Source: an uncultured archaeon (GTDB lineage Archaea > Aenigmatarchaeota > Aenigmatarchaeia > GW2011-AR5). Taken from it: 64,000 bases of DNA. A program made the translations under genes and the position numbers. Of this stretch, positions 52,547 through 61,722 are shown piece after piece. The DNA lies in the NCBI GenBank assembly GCA_964373255.1, contig CAYJTG010000005.1, positions 10,638-74,637 on the forward strand. The letters are read 5' to 3'. Positions within the stretch are counted from its first letter, which is position 1; each line of letters starts with the position of its first letter. The notes below the pieces were generated by a model that did no database searches, was not told where the DNA came from, and saw nothing but the letters and a program-made list of their open reading frames with translations.

Positions 52547-54595
52547 CTAGATAAACAGCGGTGCCAGAACTAATGTGATAGTCGCCAAAAGTTTTATCAA
52601 TACGTGGAGAGATGGGCCGGCCGTGTCCTTTAAAGGGTCGCCGACCGTGTCGCCGACAACAGCCGCCTTGTGCGCTTCGCTTCCCTTGCCGCCAAGGGCG
52701 CCTGCCTCTATGAATTTCTTGGCATTGTCCCAGGCTCCGCCGCCATTGTTCATCACGATTGCAAGCAGTACGCCCGCTATCGTGCCCACCATCAGCAACG
52801 CCGCGACAGCTTCCGCTTTCAGCACGACACCAACGACTATAGGGAATACAATCACAAGAACGCCGGGAAGAATCATGTTTTTTAGCGCGCCCTTTGCCGT
52901 TATGTCAACGCATATAGCATAGTTGGGCTTTTTCTTGCCCGACATTATGGCCTTGTCCTTGAACTGCCTTCTCACCTCTTCTATAATATAAGATGCAGTT
53001 TTTCCTACAGCCCTTATTGCTAATGAACTAAACAAAAACACCAGCATAGCGCCGAGCATTGCGCCTATGAAGACAGGCACCTTTGCTATGTCGACAACCG
53101 CAAACGTCTTGCCCGTCAGTACTGCTATCTCGTCCATGTAAGCCGCGAAAAGCAGGAACGCCGCCAGTGCCGCCGAGCCTATCGCATAGCCTTTTGTAAG
53201 CGCCTTTGTTGTGTTGCCTACGGCATCCAGTCTGTCTGTATTTTTTCTTATCGACGCAGGCGCGTTTGACATCTCAACAATGCCGCCGGCGTTGTCTGTT
53301 ATAGGGCCAAACGTGTCCATGGAAAGTATGTAGGCAGCGGTTGCGAGCATACCCATGGTTGCTATCGCCGTTCCATAAAGTCCGCCGTTAGGCACGCCGG
53401 ACATTATTCCAAAATTGTAAGACAAAAATAATGCGCCTGAAATAACTAAGACGGGCAACGCCGTATTTTCCAGCGCCACAGAGAACCCTGTTATTATATT
53501 TGTAGCAGGACCCGTCTTCGACGCGTCTACGATGCTCTTTACAGGCCTGTACCTGTATTCTGTATAGTACTGTGTGATGAAAACAAATAGCACGCTCATT
53601 ACCAGACCTACAAGGCCTGCGTAGAAGAACCATATATTGTTAAGCATGCTCATCGTTGCGTAGTAGAACATTATCGCCGCCAGTATAGTTGTTATGTAAT
53701 ACCCGCGGTTAAGCGCCTTCATAGGGTCCTCGTCGCCACGCGCCTTTGCAAAAATTATTCCGACTATTGATGCAATCAGACCAAAAGATCTAGCAACTAA
53801 TGGAAATAGTATACCATTAACGCCGAAGACAGGATAGAGCGCAACGCCGAGTATCATCGCACCTATATTTTCGGCGGCTGTGCTCTCAAACAGGTCCGCA
53901 CCACGGCCCGCACAGTCGCCAACGTTGTCGCCCACAAGGTCGGCAATAACAGCAGGATTTCTTGGGTCGTCTTCTGGTATCCCCTTTTCCACCTTCCCGA
54001 CGAGATCTGCACCAACGTCAGCGGCCTTTGTGTAAATACCGCCGCCCAGCTGTGCAAACAGCGCTACAAACGACGCCCCGAACGCGTAGCCGACAATCAT
54101 GAATGGCGTTTTTTGCGGATCAGCTCCAAATGCATAGTAAACGCCCGCGACGCCAATAAGAGAAAGCGCAACGACAAATATGCCCGAAACAGCCCCGCCA
54201 AGCATGGCAATTCTCATCGCCCTCGCCGTCGAATGCTGGGCAGCCGCCGCGGTCCTGATGTTTGAGCGCACAGAGATAGACATCCCTATTATCCCTGCGA
54301 TGGCTGAGCAAAGTGCGCCAAGAAGAAAGGCTACGGATGTATGTGTAGCGTAGTCCCATTTGCCTACATAAGAATAGACACCAAAAATTATTGCAGCTGT
54401 TATGACAGACAGTATTCCTATTGTTTTGTATTGTCGCTTGATGAAGGCCTCCGCGCCCTCGCGTATGTGATCTGATATTTCCTGCATCTTTGCGCTGCCC
54501 TTGTCCTGCTTCAGAACGTACCACGCAAAGCAGACAGCAACAATTATAGAAATTAAGCTTATCCCAAAGACGATTTCAAGCAACACGACCACCAT
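52547..54595 (-). CDS. hppA: Membrane-bound proton/sodium-translocating pyrophosphatase
   Basis: GGGIYTKAADVGADLVGKVE, DNVGDNVGD, ~16 TM. 682 aa, canonical H+-PPase. Confidence 0.9.
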   Translation of the reverse strand: MVVVLLEIVFGISLISIIVAVCFAWYVLKQDKGSAKMQEISDHIREGAEAFIKRQYKTIGILSVITAAIIFGVYSYVGKWDYATHTSVAFLLGALCSAIAGIIGMSISVRSNIRTAAAAQHSTARAMRIAMLGGAVSGIFVVALSLIGVAGVYYAFGADPQKTPFMIVGYAFGASFVALFAQLGGGIYTKAADVGADLVGKVEKGIPEDDPRNPAVIADLVGDNVGDCAGRGADLFESTAAENIGAMILGVALYPVFGVNGILFPLVARSFGLIASIVGIIFAKARGDEDPMKALNRGYYITTILAAIMFYYATMSMLNNIWFFYAGLVGLVMSVLFVFITQYYTEYRYRPVKSIVDASKTGPATNIITGFSVALENTALPVLVISGALFLSYNFGIMSGVPNGGLYGTAIATMGMLATAAYILSMDTFGPITDNAGGIVEMSNAPASIRKNTDRLDAVGNTTKALTKGYAIGSAALAAFLLFAAYMDEIAVLTGKTFAVVDIAKVPVFIGAMLGAMLVFLFSSLAIRAVGKTASYIIEEVRRQFKDKAIMSGKKKPNYAICVDITAKGALKNMILPGVLVIVFPIVVGVVLKAEAVAALLMVGTIAGVLLAIVMNNGGGAWDNAKKFIEAGALGGKGSEAHKAAVVGDTVGDPLKDTAGPSLHVLIKLLATITLVLAPLFI

Positions 54596-54601
54596 TCAAT
54601 T

Positions 54602-54961
54602 CTATTCTTCCGTAAGATACCTTTTTTGTTTTAATCTTATAATTCTGATGCCGTTCTTTTTTAAAGCTTTAATAAGCGCCTTGTCGTTAGTTCCGACGAT
54701 GCACTTTTCTTTCATGGCATAATTTAAAATTGCCTTGTCGGCTCTTTCTTCGGAGTTTATTATTTCAATCTTATTTTGTTCTATCAGTCTTAGCGCTATT
54801 TTTGCAGATACCGAATCCTTGCCTTTCTGCCTGCCTATTTTCTTCAGCTCATCAACGCACGAAGACAAGGTGCAGACCTCATGGTATTTCAGGTACTCAA
54901 AAATATCGATGCCAAACTGGTTCGGCAGCATGAGAAAATTCGTGTCAAGAAGGGCTTTCAT
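54602..54961 (-). CDS. PIN-domain protein (small VapC/Fcf1-like nuclease)
   Basis: MKALLDTNFLM (D near the N-terminus)...CIVGTNDKAL (T.D) pattern of PIN domains. 119 aa. Confidence 0.5.
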   Translation of the reverse strand: MKALLDTNFLMLPNQFGIDIFEYLKYHEVCTLSSCVDELKKIGRQKGKDSVSAKIALRLIEQNKIEIINSEERADKAILNYAMKEKCIVGTNDKALIKALKKNGIRIIRLKQKRYLTEE

Positions 54962-55078
54962 AGTAAGAAATTGTAAGCAGCGAATTTAAATTCGACAATC
55001 TTTTTGGTAAATCTGCCATTTCTTCTAGGAGTGTTTGCATGTTTCAGGTTTTAAATATCTAATTTTCATAGGATTGCC

Positions 55079-55510
55079 ATGAATTACTGGACAAATGCAT
55101 TGTTCTCGGGATTAATTCTGCTGAACGGCTGCAGCCTTTTCAGGTATTTCACGGATGAGAGCATAGACCTGAAACCTAAAGAAATATTATACGTCGACGT
55201 CGACGGCGATTACAAGTCCGACCTACGCGTGGTAGGCTTTGATAGCAACCACGATGAAAAAACAGAATCAGTCTGCTACTTCCCTATAATGAAAGAAGAC
55301 GGGGTCGAAGGGGAAATATCCCTTAATTTGCCTATATTCATCAAAGACCTTGACAAAGACGGCTACGTGACGCGAGTACGCATGCTTGACACCGATTCCA
55401 AATCAATCAGATACGTAGAAATAGGGGAAATTACGCTGGACATAATGAGAAACTGGTACCCGGAAGTACTCAGTACAAATCAATGCGAAATAAAAGATGA
55501 AATAAAGTAA
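55079..55510 (+). CDS. Putative lipoprotein, unknown function
   Basis: N-terminal ALFSGLILLNGCSLF has a lipobox-like LNGC. 143 aa. Confidence 0.3.
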   Translation: MNYWTNALFSGLILLNGCSLFRYFTDESIDLKPKEILYVDVDGDYKSDLRVVGFDSNHDEKTESVCYFPIMKEDGVEGEISLNLPIFIKDLDKDGYVTRVRMLDTDSKSIRYVEIGEITLDIMRNWYPEVLSTNQCEIKDEIK

Positions 55511-55554
55511 AAAAATAAGAAATCACAAATTCTGTTGAATAATTTTTCTGCGTT

Positions 55555-55977
55555 TTAATCTTCGTCGCTTTCTTTTTCTGATCCTTCTGAAGAATCTTCT
55601 TCCTGAGTCTCTTCTGATTCAGAGCTCGATTCTTTCTGCTCTGCCTCTTCTGTCTGTTCTGATGCGCCAACCTTGTCGGCTATAGCGAACTTGTTTGCAA
55701 CTTCTCTTATCCTTATTCTGCACTGTTCGCCCTTCTTTCCGCCGTTGACGAAGACGACAAAATTTTCAACCTTCGTTATTCCGTCGCCTTTCGAACCGAT
55801 GTCTGTTATGGTTACGTCGTACTCTTCTCCTATTTTTATGGGCTTTGGCCTGTCAAATCTGTCATGCCCGAATCCGCCGCCTCCACCGCCGTAGCCACCG
55901 CCTCCACCGCCGTAGCCACCGCCGCCTCCACCGCCGCGACGATCTCTTCCGAATCCGCCTCTTCCTCTTCTTTCCAT
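55555..55977 (-). CDS. TRAM-domain protein with N-terminal RGG/GGY low-complexity region and acidic C-terminal tail
   Basis: MERRGRGGFGRDRRGGGGGGGYGGGGGGYGGGGGGFG. TRAM-like beta barrel (KIGEEYDVTITDIGSKGDGITKVENFVVFVNGGKKGEQCRIRIREVANKFAIA). E/S/D-rich tail. Confidence 0.6.
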   Translation of the reverse strand: MERRGRGGFGRDRRGGGGGGGYGGGGGGYGGGGGGFGHDRFDRPKPIKIGEEYDVTITDIGSKGDGITKVENFVVFVNGGKKGEQCRIRIREVANKFAIADKVGASEQTEEAEQKESSSESEETQEEDSSEGSEKESDED

Positions 55978-56263
55978 TCTTCAACACCTTCTATTTTTTA
56001 TTAGGGCGATACATAAGTCGGTCTAGTTGTTTGTTGATTGAGCAAAGACCGTCTTTCGTATTCAATACCCCTTTATATTTTCGTTAGAAACAGGACCTCA
56101 ATGAAGCTCTAGTAAAAGCGAAAAATCGCCCCGACTTCTTAACTAAAGCCAAAAACCCTGAATTCCGGGTTCCTTCTGCCTTACTTCCCTTCACTTACTT
56201 CCTTTCCCTAACAGTACTAATTATTGATAAAAGATAAGTATTTAAAAAGGATAAATCGGAGGG

Positions 56264-56351
56264 GCACTGTCAACTTAAGGGTGGTTAGCTGTTGCTAACC
56301 ACCCAGAAAAGGCTGTTGCCGATAGGCAACAGCCGTTAAGTTGACAGTGCC
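56264..56351. mobile_element. Family-Z TIR element, compact canonical copy Z3 (88 bp)
   Basis: ggcactgtcaacttaag / gggtggttagc-tgtt-gctaaccaccc / agaaaa / ggctgttgcc-gatag-gcaacagcc / gttaagttgacagtgcc. Two perfect hairpins inside perfect 16-bp TIRs. Confidence 0.7.
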
Positions 56352-56422
56352 ATCGGAGGCAAACTTGTTTTTACTTGTCTTTTCTTGAGAATTTCTTACT
56401 TGATTTTCTTTCTTAAAGAAAA

Positions 56423-57058
56423 TCACTTGAAAATCTCGCCCGTTTCCTCGCTCCACCAGACAAGATCTAAGTGAGCAAATGGTATCCCAATGGAATTTGC
56501 AAATTCCTTCATCTTCTGCTCGATTTCTAAATATTTCTTTTCTGTCAACGATTTTGGGATTTCTAAAATAACGCCATATTTTACCAGGTTTTTCAATATG
56601 TGGCGGTCTAAAATGGCAATGTCATCGCCAAATCCCACATTCCTCAGAAAATGGCTCGCCTCTTTCATGCCAATACCTTTGACATTCTTAATCAGCCATT
56701 CTCGTAGGGCAAATACGTTAGGCAGGGCGTTCATTTTGTCTTTTACTTTCAATTCGTCATTATTCGTGAACAATTGCCTTGCCCGTTCCAGATATTTAGA
56801 CTTGTTTTCATTGAACCTCACAGACGCCATCCATTTCTTCATTTCATTTGATGAGCCGTTATACAATAATCCAGTTTCCTTCAATTTCTCGATCGTGCGC
56901 CAGCACGACTTTGCCTTGCTCTGCGGCGTCAGCAGGCAAAAACAGAGCTCGCCAAATACGTGCCTGTCGTCCTGCTGAAAATTATCGCGGAAATCTTCGA
57001 GGCGGGCTTCTATCGCCTGTTTTTTTTGTTCATATTTCTGTTTTAATTCGGATATCAT
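56423..57058 (-). CDS. 8-oxoguanine DNA glycosylase/AP lyase, archaeal Ogg2-like (HhH-GPD)
   Basis: HhH-GPD motif VKGIGMKEASHFLRNVGFGDDIAILDRHI (helix-hairpin-helix, Gly-rich loop, catalytic Asp). 211 aa. Confidence 0.6.
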   Translation of the reverse strand: MISELKQKYEQKKQAIEARLEDFRDNFQQDDRHVFGELCFCLLTPQSKAKSCWRTIEKLKETGLLYNGSSNEMKKWMASVRFNENKSKYLERARQLFTNNDELKVKDKMNALPNVFALREWLIKNVKGIGMKEASHFLRNVGFGDDIAILDRHILKNLVKYGVILEIPKSLTEKKYLEIEQKMKEFANSIGIPFAHLDLVWWSEETGEIFK

Positions 57059-57092
57059 GTTATTGAATTAGAATGAAAATATTAAAGATAAT

Positions 57093-57911
57093 TCAATCGT
57101 TCTTTGTAGAAGCAATCTTCCATAGATGTTCAAAATGATTTCTGTACGTATCGGCAATTTTCTTGTTCTGTATCATTATCGCAGTTGGAGGAGTATCCCA
57201 TGAAACAACGACAATTTTATCGCCATATACGAATGTATTTGTTGGATTGAATTCATCACCATCAAGAAATCTGTATGTAGTTGTTGATGCAGTTTTTTTA
57301 TCAAACAAGAATATACGTTTCTTTTTGATTGTTATTACACGTTCTCGGATATTATTATGCTTCAAATTTCTGAAGTGCTGTTTCATAAATAATTGAAGAT
57401 TTTCATTGTATTTTTCGTCGTCTATCCCTGTTATAAGGACTTCTTTTTTTGTTTTTACTATATCTTTCAGAAAATACTTTATACCCTCGATGCTTTTGAA
57501 AACTTCGACCCTTGTATCTTCTCTGGGTAGCTTTGTCATAGCTTCCAATTCAGGCAATATTTTTTCAATTTCATTCTCTTGAAATTCCAATTCTTTCTTT
57601 TTCTCTTCTAGATAATGTTTTATTTTAACTGGCGGAGTCGCTTGAAAATATTTTTTGGCATCTTTGTATATGTGTGTAACAAGGCCTTTTTTCATTAACT
57701 GTTCCAATTTATCATAAACATGTACACGGTATATACCTGTTTTCTGGCCTATTTCGTACGCTGTAATAGGACCGGATTTCAACAAAATTATGTATACGTT
57801 GACCTCATTTTCTGTGAGTCCTATTTTTTTCAATATTGATGTTTCCATAGTTATTACTCTATCACTATTGCTTAAATATCTATATATTTTCGTACTATAA
57901 TAGTACGACAT
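57093..57911 (-). CDS. TrmB-family transcriptional regulator (paralogue of 39121-39912)
   Basis: LTENEVNVYIILLKSGPITAYEIGQKTGIYRVHVYDKLEQLMKKGLV wHTH; C-terminal block aligns with the 39121 protein. Confidence 0.6.
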   Translation of the reverse strand: MSYYYSTKIYRYLSNSDRVITMETSILKKIGLTENEVNVYIILLKSGPITAYEIGQKTGIYRVHVYDKLEQLMKKGLVTHIYKDAKKYFQATPPVKIKHYLEEKKKELEFQENEIEKILPELEAMTKLPREDTRVEVFKSIEGIKYFLKDIVKTKKEVLITGIDDEKYNENLQLFMKQHFRNLKHNNIRERVITIKKKRIFLFDKKTASTTTYRFLDGDEFNPTNTFVYGDKIVVVSWDTPPTAIMIQNKKIADTYRNHFEHLWKIASTKND

Positions 57912-57950
57912 AATTCTAAATATTAATTATTACTATATAGTTATAATTAA

Positions 57951-58757
57951 ATGGAGTGTGTTAAAATGAGCTCATACGGAGAAATGATAGAGTCTCTTAA
58001 GAAAAGTATGGTGGATGATCATATAGCTGTCAATAGGTCGAGAAATCCTGTATATGGTAAACTTGGGAATATAGGCAAAGGCAGACTTTCGTATGTGATT
58101 ACACAGTACACAATATTTCCAAGGAATATTGTTTCTTATCTAGAAAATGTGCGGGAAGAGATGAAAGAATTTGATGATGTGTACGATGAGTTAGAAAGGA
58201 ATATAAAAGAGGAGAAAGGAAGCGCGACAAAAGACATCAAGCACTACGATATACTGACACAAGGAATTAAAGACGAGTTTGGGTTAGATATAACCATTAT
58301 TTGTCCAACGCCTACTACTGCTACATTCGATATGGGAATGTACGAGGCAACTTTCATGTCTGATGATAAATATGCTATAATGGGAGCAACATATGCCATG
58401 GAAGCGACAGCTGTACCAGAGTTGGAAATAGTAAAAGAATTGACAAATGAGCTTTCACGACTTTTCTATAAAAGAGGGATTTTCAGCGAAACACTGAAAG
58501 GGTTTTTTGATATACATATAAACGATCTCGAAATTGGTCATGAGAACGGCTTGAGGGATGCTTGTGAAAAATATGTAAATGATGAGAAAACGCAGGAAAG
58601 CTTCGTGAATGGATTCAATCTTGTTATGAACACAATGGATAAGTGGTGGGCTGGGTTGAATAGAGAATCTGAGATGTTTGGAAAAAATTTCAAGAACATC
58701 TATAAAAAAATGCGACAAAAAAGATCAAAAAACGCGATTTTCTGTGAATTTTCATGA
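57951..58757 (+). CDS. TenA/PqqC-like (haem-oxygenase-fold) protein
   Basis: All-helical 268-aa protein with E...H / Y...E spacing reminiscent of TenA/PqqC. Weak call. Confidence 0.3.
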   Translation: MECVKMSSYGEMIESLKKSMVDDHIAVNRSRNPVYGKLGNIGKGRLSYVITQYTIFPRNIVSYLENVREEMKEFDDVYDELERNIKEEKGSATKDIKHYDILTQGIKDEFGLDITIICPTPTTATFDMGMYEATFMSDDKYAIMGATYAMEATAVPELEIVKELTNELSRLFYKRGIFSETLKGFFDIHINDLEIGHENGLRDACEKYVNDEKTQESFVNGFNLVMNTMDKWWAGLNRESEMFGKNFKNIYKKMRQKRSKNAIFCEFS

Positions 58758-59056
58758 AATTGCTGCGAAAGCTCGTCACAATAGTTCAAAAAGAAGAGAG
58801 TTATATAGATGATATTAAGAATTTTGTGCCACAAGATGAAGTTTATAGATTAGAAGACGAACAAAAAATAAGAATACATCAACATTTCTATAAAATAGAC
58901 CCAGAAATTTATTGTACAGGGCCAGTTTTAGGAAGAACAATAGGACAAATAATTGATGATAATGAACTCTGGCCAGAAAATTCTCCTGACGAAGACGTGT
59001 GCGGAATTTACAAACTGATAATAATTAATAATGAAAACGACAATAGTTCATCATGA
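58754..59056 (+). CDS. Hypothetical protein, 100 aa (overlaps both neighbours by 4 nt)
   Basis: Translationally coupled between the TenA-like and Nnr2 genes; no motif. Confidence 0.25.
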   Translation: MKLLRKLVTIVQKEESYIDDIKNFVPQDEVYRLEDEQKIRIHQHFYKIDPEIYCTGPVLGRTIGQIIDDNELWPENSPDEDVCGIYKLIIINNENDNSSS

Positions 59057-59880
59057 TATCAAAATCCATCCTGAAGAAGATATACAGACCCCGGCCAGCC
59101 TGGTCACGCAAGGGCGATTTCGGCAGATTATTGGTCGTCGGCGGCTCTGCGCTCTACAGTGGCTCGCCAATATTTAACGCATTGGCTGCTTACCGAAGCG
59201 GATGCGATCTTGTAAAGATAATCGCTCCGGAGAAGACAGCTTACAGCATTAGATCTTATTCTCCTGACCTCATTGCTTATCCTTTGAAAGGAGAATACCT
59301 AAATAAGAAACATATTAATCAAATCCTCTCTGAACAAAAGAATTCGGATGCAATGGTCATAGGCGGCGGACTATCGAGAGAAAAGGCGACGCTTGGTGCG
59401 GTTCGTGCGATAATCAAGAAAACAAGGATTCCAGCTGTTGTCGATGCAGATGCATTGCACGCAGTAAATTTCCGCTTGCGGAGCAATTTTGTTCTAACGC
59501 CGCATTCTTATGAATTCTACAGGTTAAGCGGGAAAAGAGTATACGCAGATCTGAGAGAGCGGTCTCGTGCAGCAGGAGAATTGGCAAAAAAACTTGGCTG
59601 CACAATACTTCTAAAAGGCCATATAGATATTATAACTGACGGCAGTAAAACAGCAATAAATAAGACGGGCAGCCCATTCATGACAAAGGGCGGTTTCGGT
59701 GACACGCTGGCAGGCGTATGCGGCGCATTGCTAGCGCGCGGCGTGAATACATTCGACGCAGCGTGCGCAGCCGCATATATTAATGGCCGCGCCGGCGATT
59801 TGGCTGCACAGAAATATGGCGAGGGCGTGCTTGCTTCTGACTTGATAAATGAAATACATAATGTGATAAAGGAAAAATAG
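59053..59880 (+). CDS. ADP-dependent NAD(P)H-hydrate dehydratase (YjeF C-terminal domain, Nnr2)
   Basis: KGDFGRLLVVGGSALYSGSPIFNALAAYRSGCDLV...MVIGGGLS...LLKGH.DIITDG...FMTKGGFGDTLAG matches YjeF_C. Confidence 0.7.
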   Translation: MISKSILKKIYRPRPAWSRKGDFGRLLVVGGSALYSGSPIFNALAAYRSGCDLVKIIAPEKTAYSIRSYSPDLIAYPLKGEYLNKKHINQILSEQKNSDAMVIGGGLSREKATLGAVRAIIKKTRIPAVVDADALHAVNFRLRSNFVLTPHSYEFYRLSGKRVYADLRERSRAAGELAKKLGCTILLKGHIDIITDGSKTAINKTGSPFMTKGGFGDTLAGVCGALLARGVNTFDAACAAAYINGRAGDLAAQKYGEGVLASDLINEIHNVIKEK

Positions 59881-60014
59881 GCAAAAACTTCATATTTAAA
59901 CTTTTCCATGGCAATTGTAAAGTGTATTAAGGATGGCAGGTTTGAAAGTAAGGCAAGAAAAATCTAACTTGATTCCTTTGTGATTTTATATTAGTAATTT
60001 TTGAGGATATTTTC

Positions 60015-61193
60015 ATGACGTTTTTGAATCAGATCGGGGACGGCGGCGGAATTCTAGGCACGCTTATATGGTTCGTTCTATTCTTTGTGCTCATATTTCT
60101 CTATCCGCGCCTTATGCTATCGCAGCTTATCTACAAGATAGAGCAGTCGGCCGTAAAGATGGAAAACATGTCGAAGGCATCGATAAAAATGGTCGCAAAG
60201 AAGGTCGACAAGAGCGCAGGAAAGGATCTGAAGACAAAGATCGAGGATTTCACTGATTTCTTTGTCGTTGAGCCATCTGCCATCGACCCGTACGGCCTGG
60301 TCAAGAAAGTCGACCAGACGATAAGAGGCATGGAGACAAGGTTCTCGGAATTCACAGACGAGATTTCAGGCAGCAAGAGCTATCAGGAGAAACAGCAAAT
60401 AAACTACAGTCTCCGCGCAGCTATCGGGCTCAGGATGATATCCAAGATCGTCCGCCATTATGTGGAGATCGCAAAGAAATTCAAGAACCTCCAGATCGCG
60501 ATGATACTTCAGATGCAGCTGCCTATTATAGAGAAGCTAGCCGAAGGCGAGCTGAAAGGCGCAGAAGCCTTCCTAAGTAATCTTCCAATCGGCGACTCAA
60601 TAGGACCATTAGTCGCCGCCTCGCTCGTCGATGACAGCAAAGAAATAGCTGAGGATATCATGATGGGCACTACGGAAATCGAAGGTCGGAAGTGCTTTGT
60701 TCTGAAAGCGAAGGGTCAGGGCCCGCACCTCGGGCGCGTTGACGAAGCCATAGTAAAAATAATGAAAAAGAACAGGATCGCCCGTGTTATCACCATAGAC
60801 GCAGCGCAGAAGCTCGAGGGTGAAAAGTCTGGGTCTGTAGCCGAGGGCGTCGGCTTTGCAATGGGCGGCATAGGACAGAGGGAGCTAATAGAAAACATGC
60901 TTATTCCAAGGCAAATACCGCTGGACAGCATTGTCGTGAAGGTCGGTATGACCGAAGCAATCGCCCCAATGAGAAAGGATATCTTTAACGGATTGCCAAA
61001 GGCGCAGGATTGCATCAAAAAAGCAGTGAAGCGCGCGAAGAAGGGGCAGAAAGTTATGATTATAGGCATCGGAAATTCCTCGGGCACAGGCGACAACAAG
61101 AAGTGCGTCGAGCCATTGGAAAAAATCGTCGAAAACATCGAGAAGAAGGCCAAGGAAGAAGAACTAAAGCAGAAAAAGAAGGGCTGGTTCTAG
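60015..61193 (+). CDS. Conserved archaeal membrane-anchored protein (DUF1512-like)
   Basis: N-terminal TM (ILGTLIWFVLFFVLIFLY), long soluble domain, Lys-rich tail. Assignment from memory of family architecture only. Confidence 0.3.
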   Translation: MTFLNQIGDGGGILGTLIWFVLFFVLIFLYPRLMLSQLIYKIEQSAVKMENMSKASIKMVAKKVDKSAGKDLKTKIEDFTDFFVVEPSAIDPYGLVKKVDQTIRGMETRFSEFTDEISGSKSYQEKQQINYSLRAAIGLRMISKIVRHYVEIAKKFKNLQIAMILQMQLPIIEKLAEGELKGAEAFLSNLPIGDSIGPLVAASLVDDSKEIAEDIMMGTTEIEGRKCFVLKAKGQGPHLGRVDEAIVKIMKKNRIARVITIDAAQKLEGEKSGSVAEGVGFAMGGIGQRELIENMLIPRQIPLDSIVVKVGMTEAIAPMRKDIFNGLPKAQDCIKKAVKRAKKGQKVMIIGIGNSSGTGDNKKCVEPLEKIVENIEKKAKEEELKQKKKGWF

Positions 61194-61379
61194 ACTTCTA
61201 TGTTAAATCGTTCTTTTAGAACATTTAGCAGCAAGTCAGGATTGGTCCAGAAACCTTTTGTATCATCTTCAATATCGTACTTCAAAAAGAAATAATCACA
61301 AGTCCCTTTCCAATAATCTCTAACATCAGCGTCTGATGACAAACCAATAACGACACTCTAAAGCAGCAGTTTCATTTAT

Positions 61380-61544
61380 CGCCTTATCATATCTTTCCAA
61401 GCCTACTTTTTTGCAAACTTTCTCTAGAAATTCCATGTGATCGTAATCATCTTCAACAAGAAGGACACTTAATTCAGAAGCTTTCATGGTCAAAAATATT
61501 AAGACAATCTATAAAAAGTAAATACAACAGACATTTATGCACCC
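61380..61544 (-). pseudogene. Possible remnant of a CheY-like receiver domain (54 codons), below ORF-track cutoff
   Basis: Hand translation: MKASELSVLLVEDDYDHMEFLEKVCKKVGLERYDKAINETAALECRYWFVIRR*. LLVEDD is the signature N-terminal acidic pocket of receiver domains; no C-terminal partner follows. Confidence 0.2.
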
Positions 61545-61722
61545 CAATCGTAATTTTCCCGTGGTTTTAGCAAACGCTTTAATAGTTTTGTAGGTTATTT
61601 TTTTGTTACTGGTCAAAAGATACAAAGAGATACATTTATAAAGTTTATGTACAATGAAAATGTAGACAAATTTCAAAAAAATCACGAAAAATAGGAAGGG
61701 ATTAAGTCTAGATTATAAGGGT

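Noticed and set aside
52575-52922. 115-aa plus-strand ORF, and 53388-54524 minus-strand small ORFs, within the pyrophosphatase gene
   Set aside because: Alternative frames of a highly conserved 682-aa H+-PPase.
55845-56087. Tandem 24-bp repeats (ccgccgcctccaccgccgtagccacc...) considered as a possible CRISPR or satellite
   Set aside because: They are in-frame coding repeats for the GGY/GGG tract of the TRAM protein on the minus strand. Units are contiguous with no spacers.
61200-61720. 520-bp spacer before the third trmB examined for hidden genes
   Set aside because: Only a 54-codon receiver-like fragment was found (reported as a low-confidence pseudogene). The remainder is AT-rich with no ORF or repeat module.
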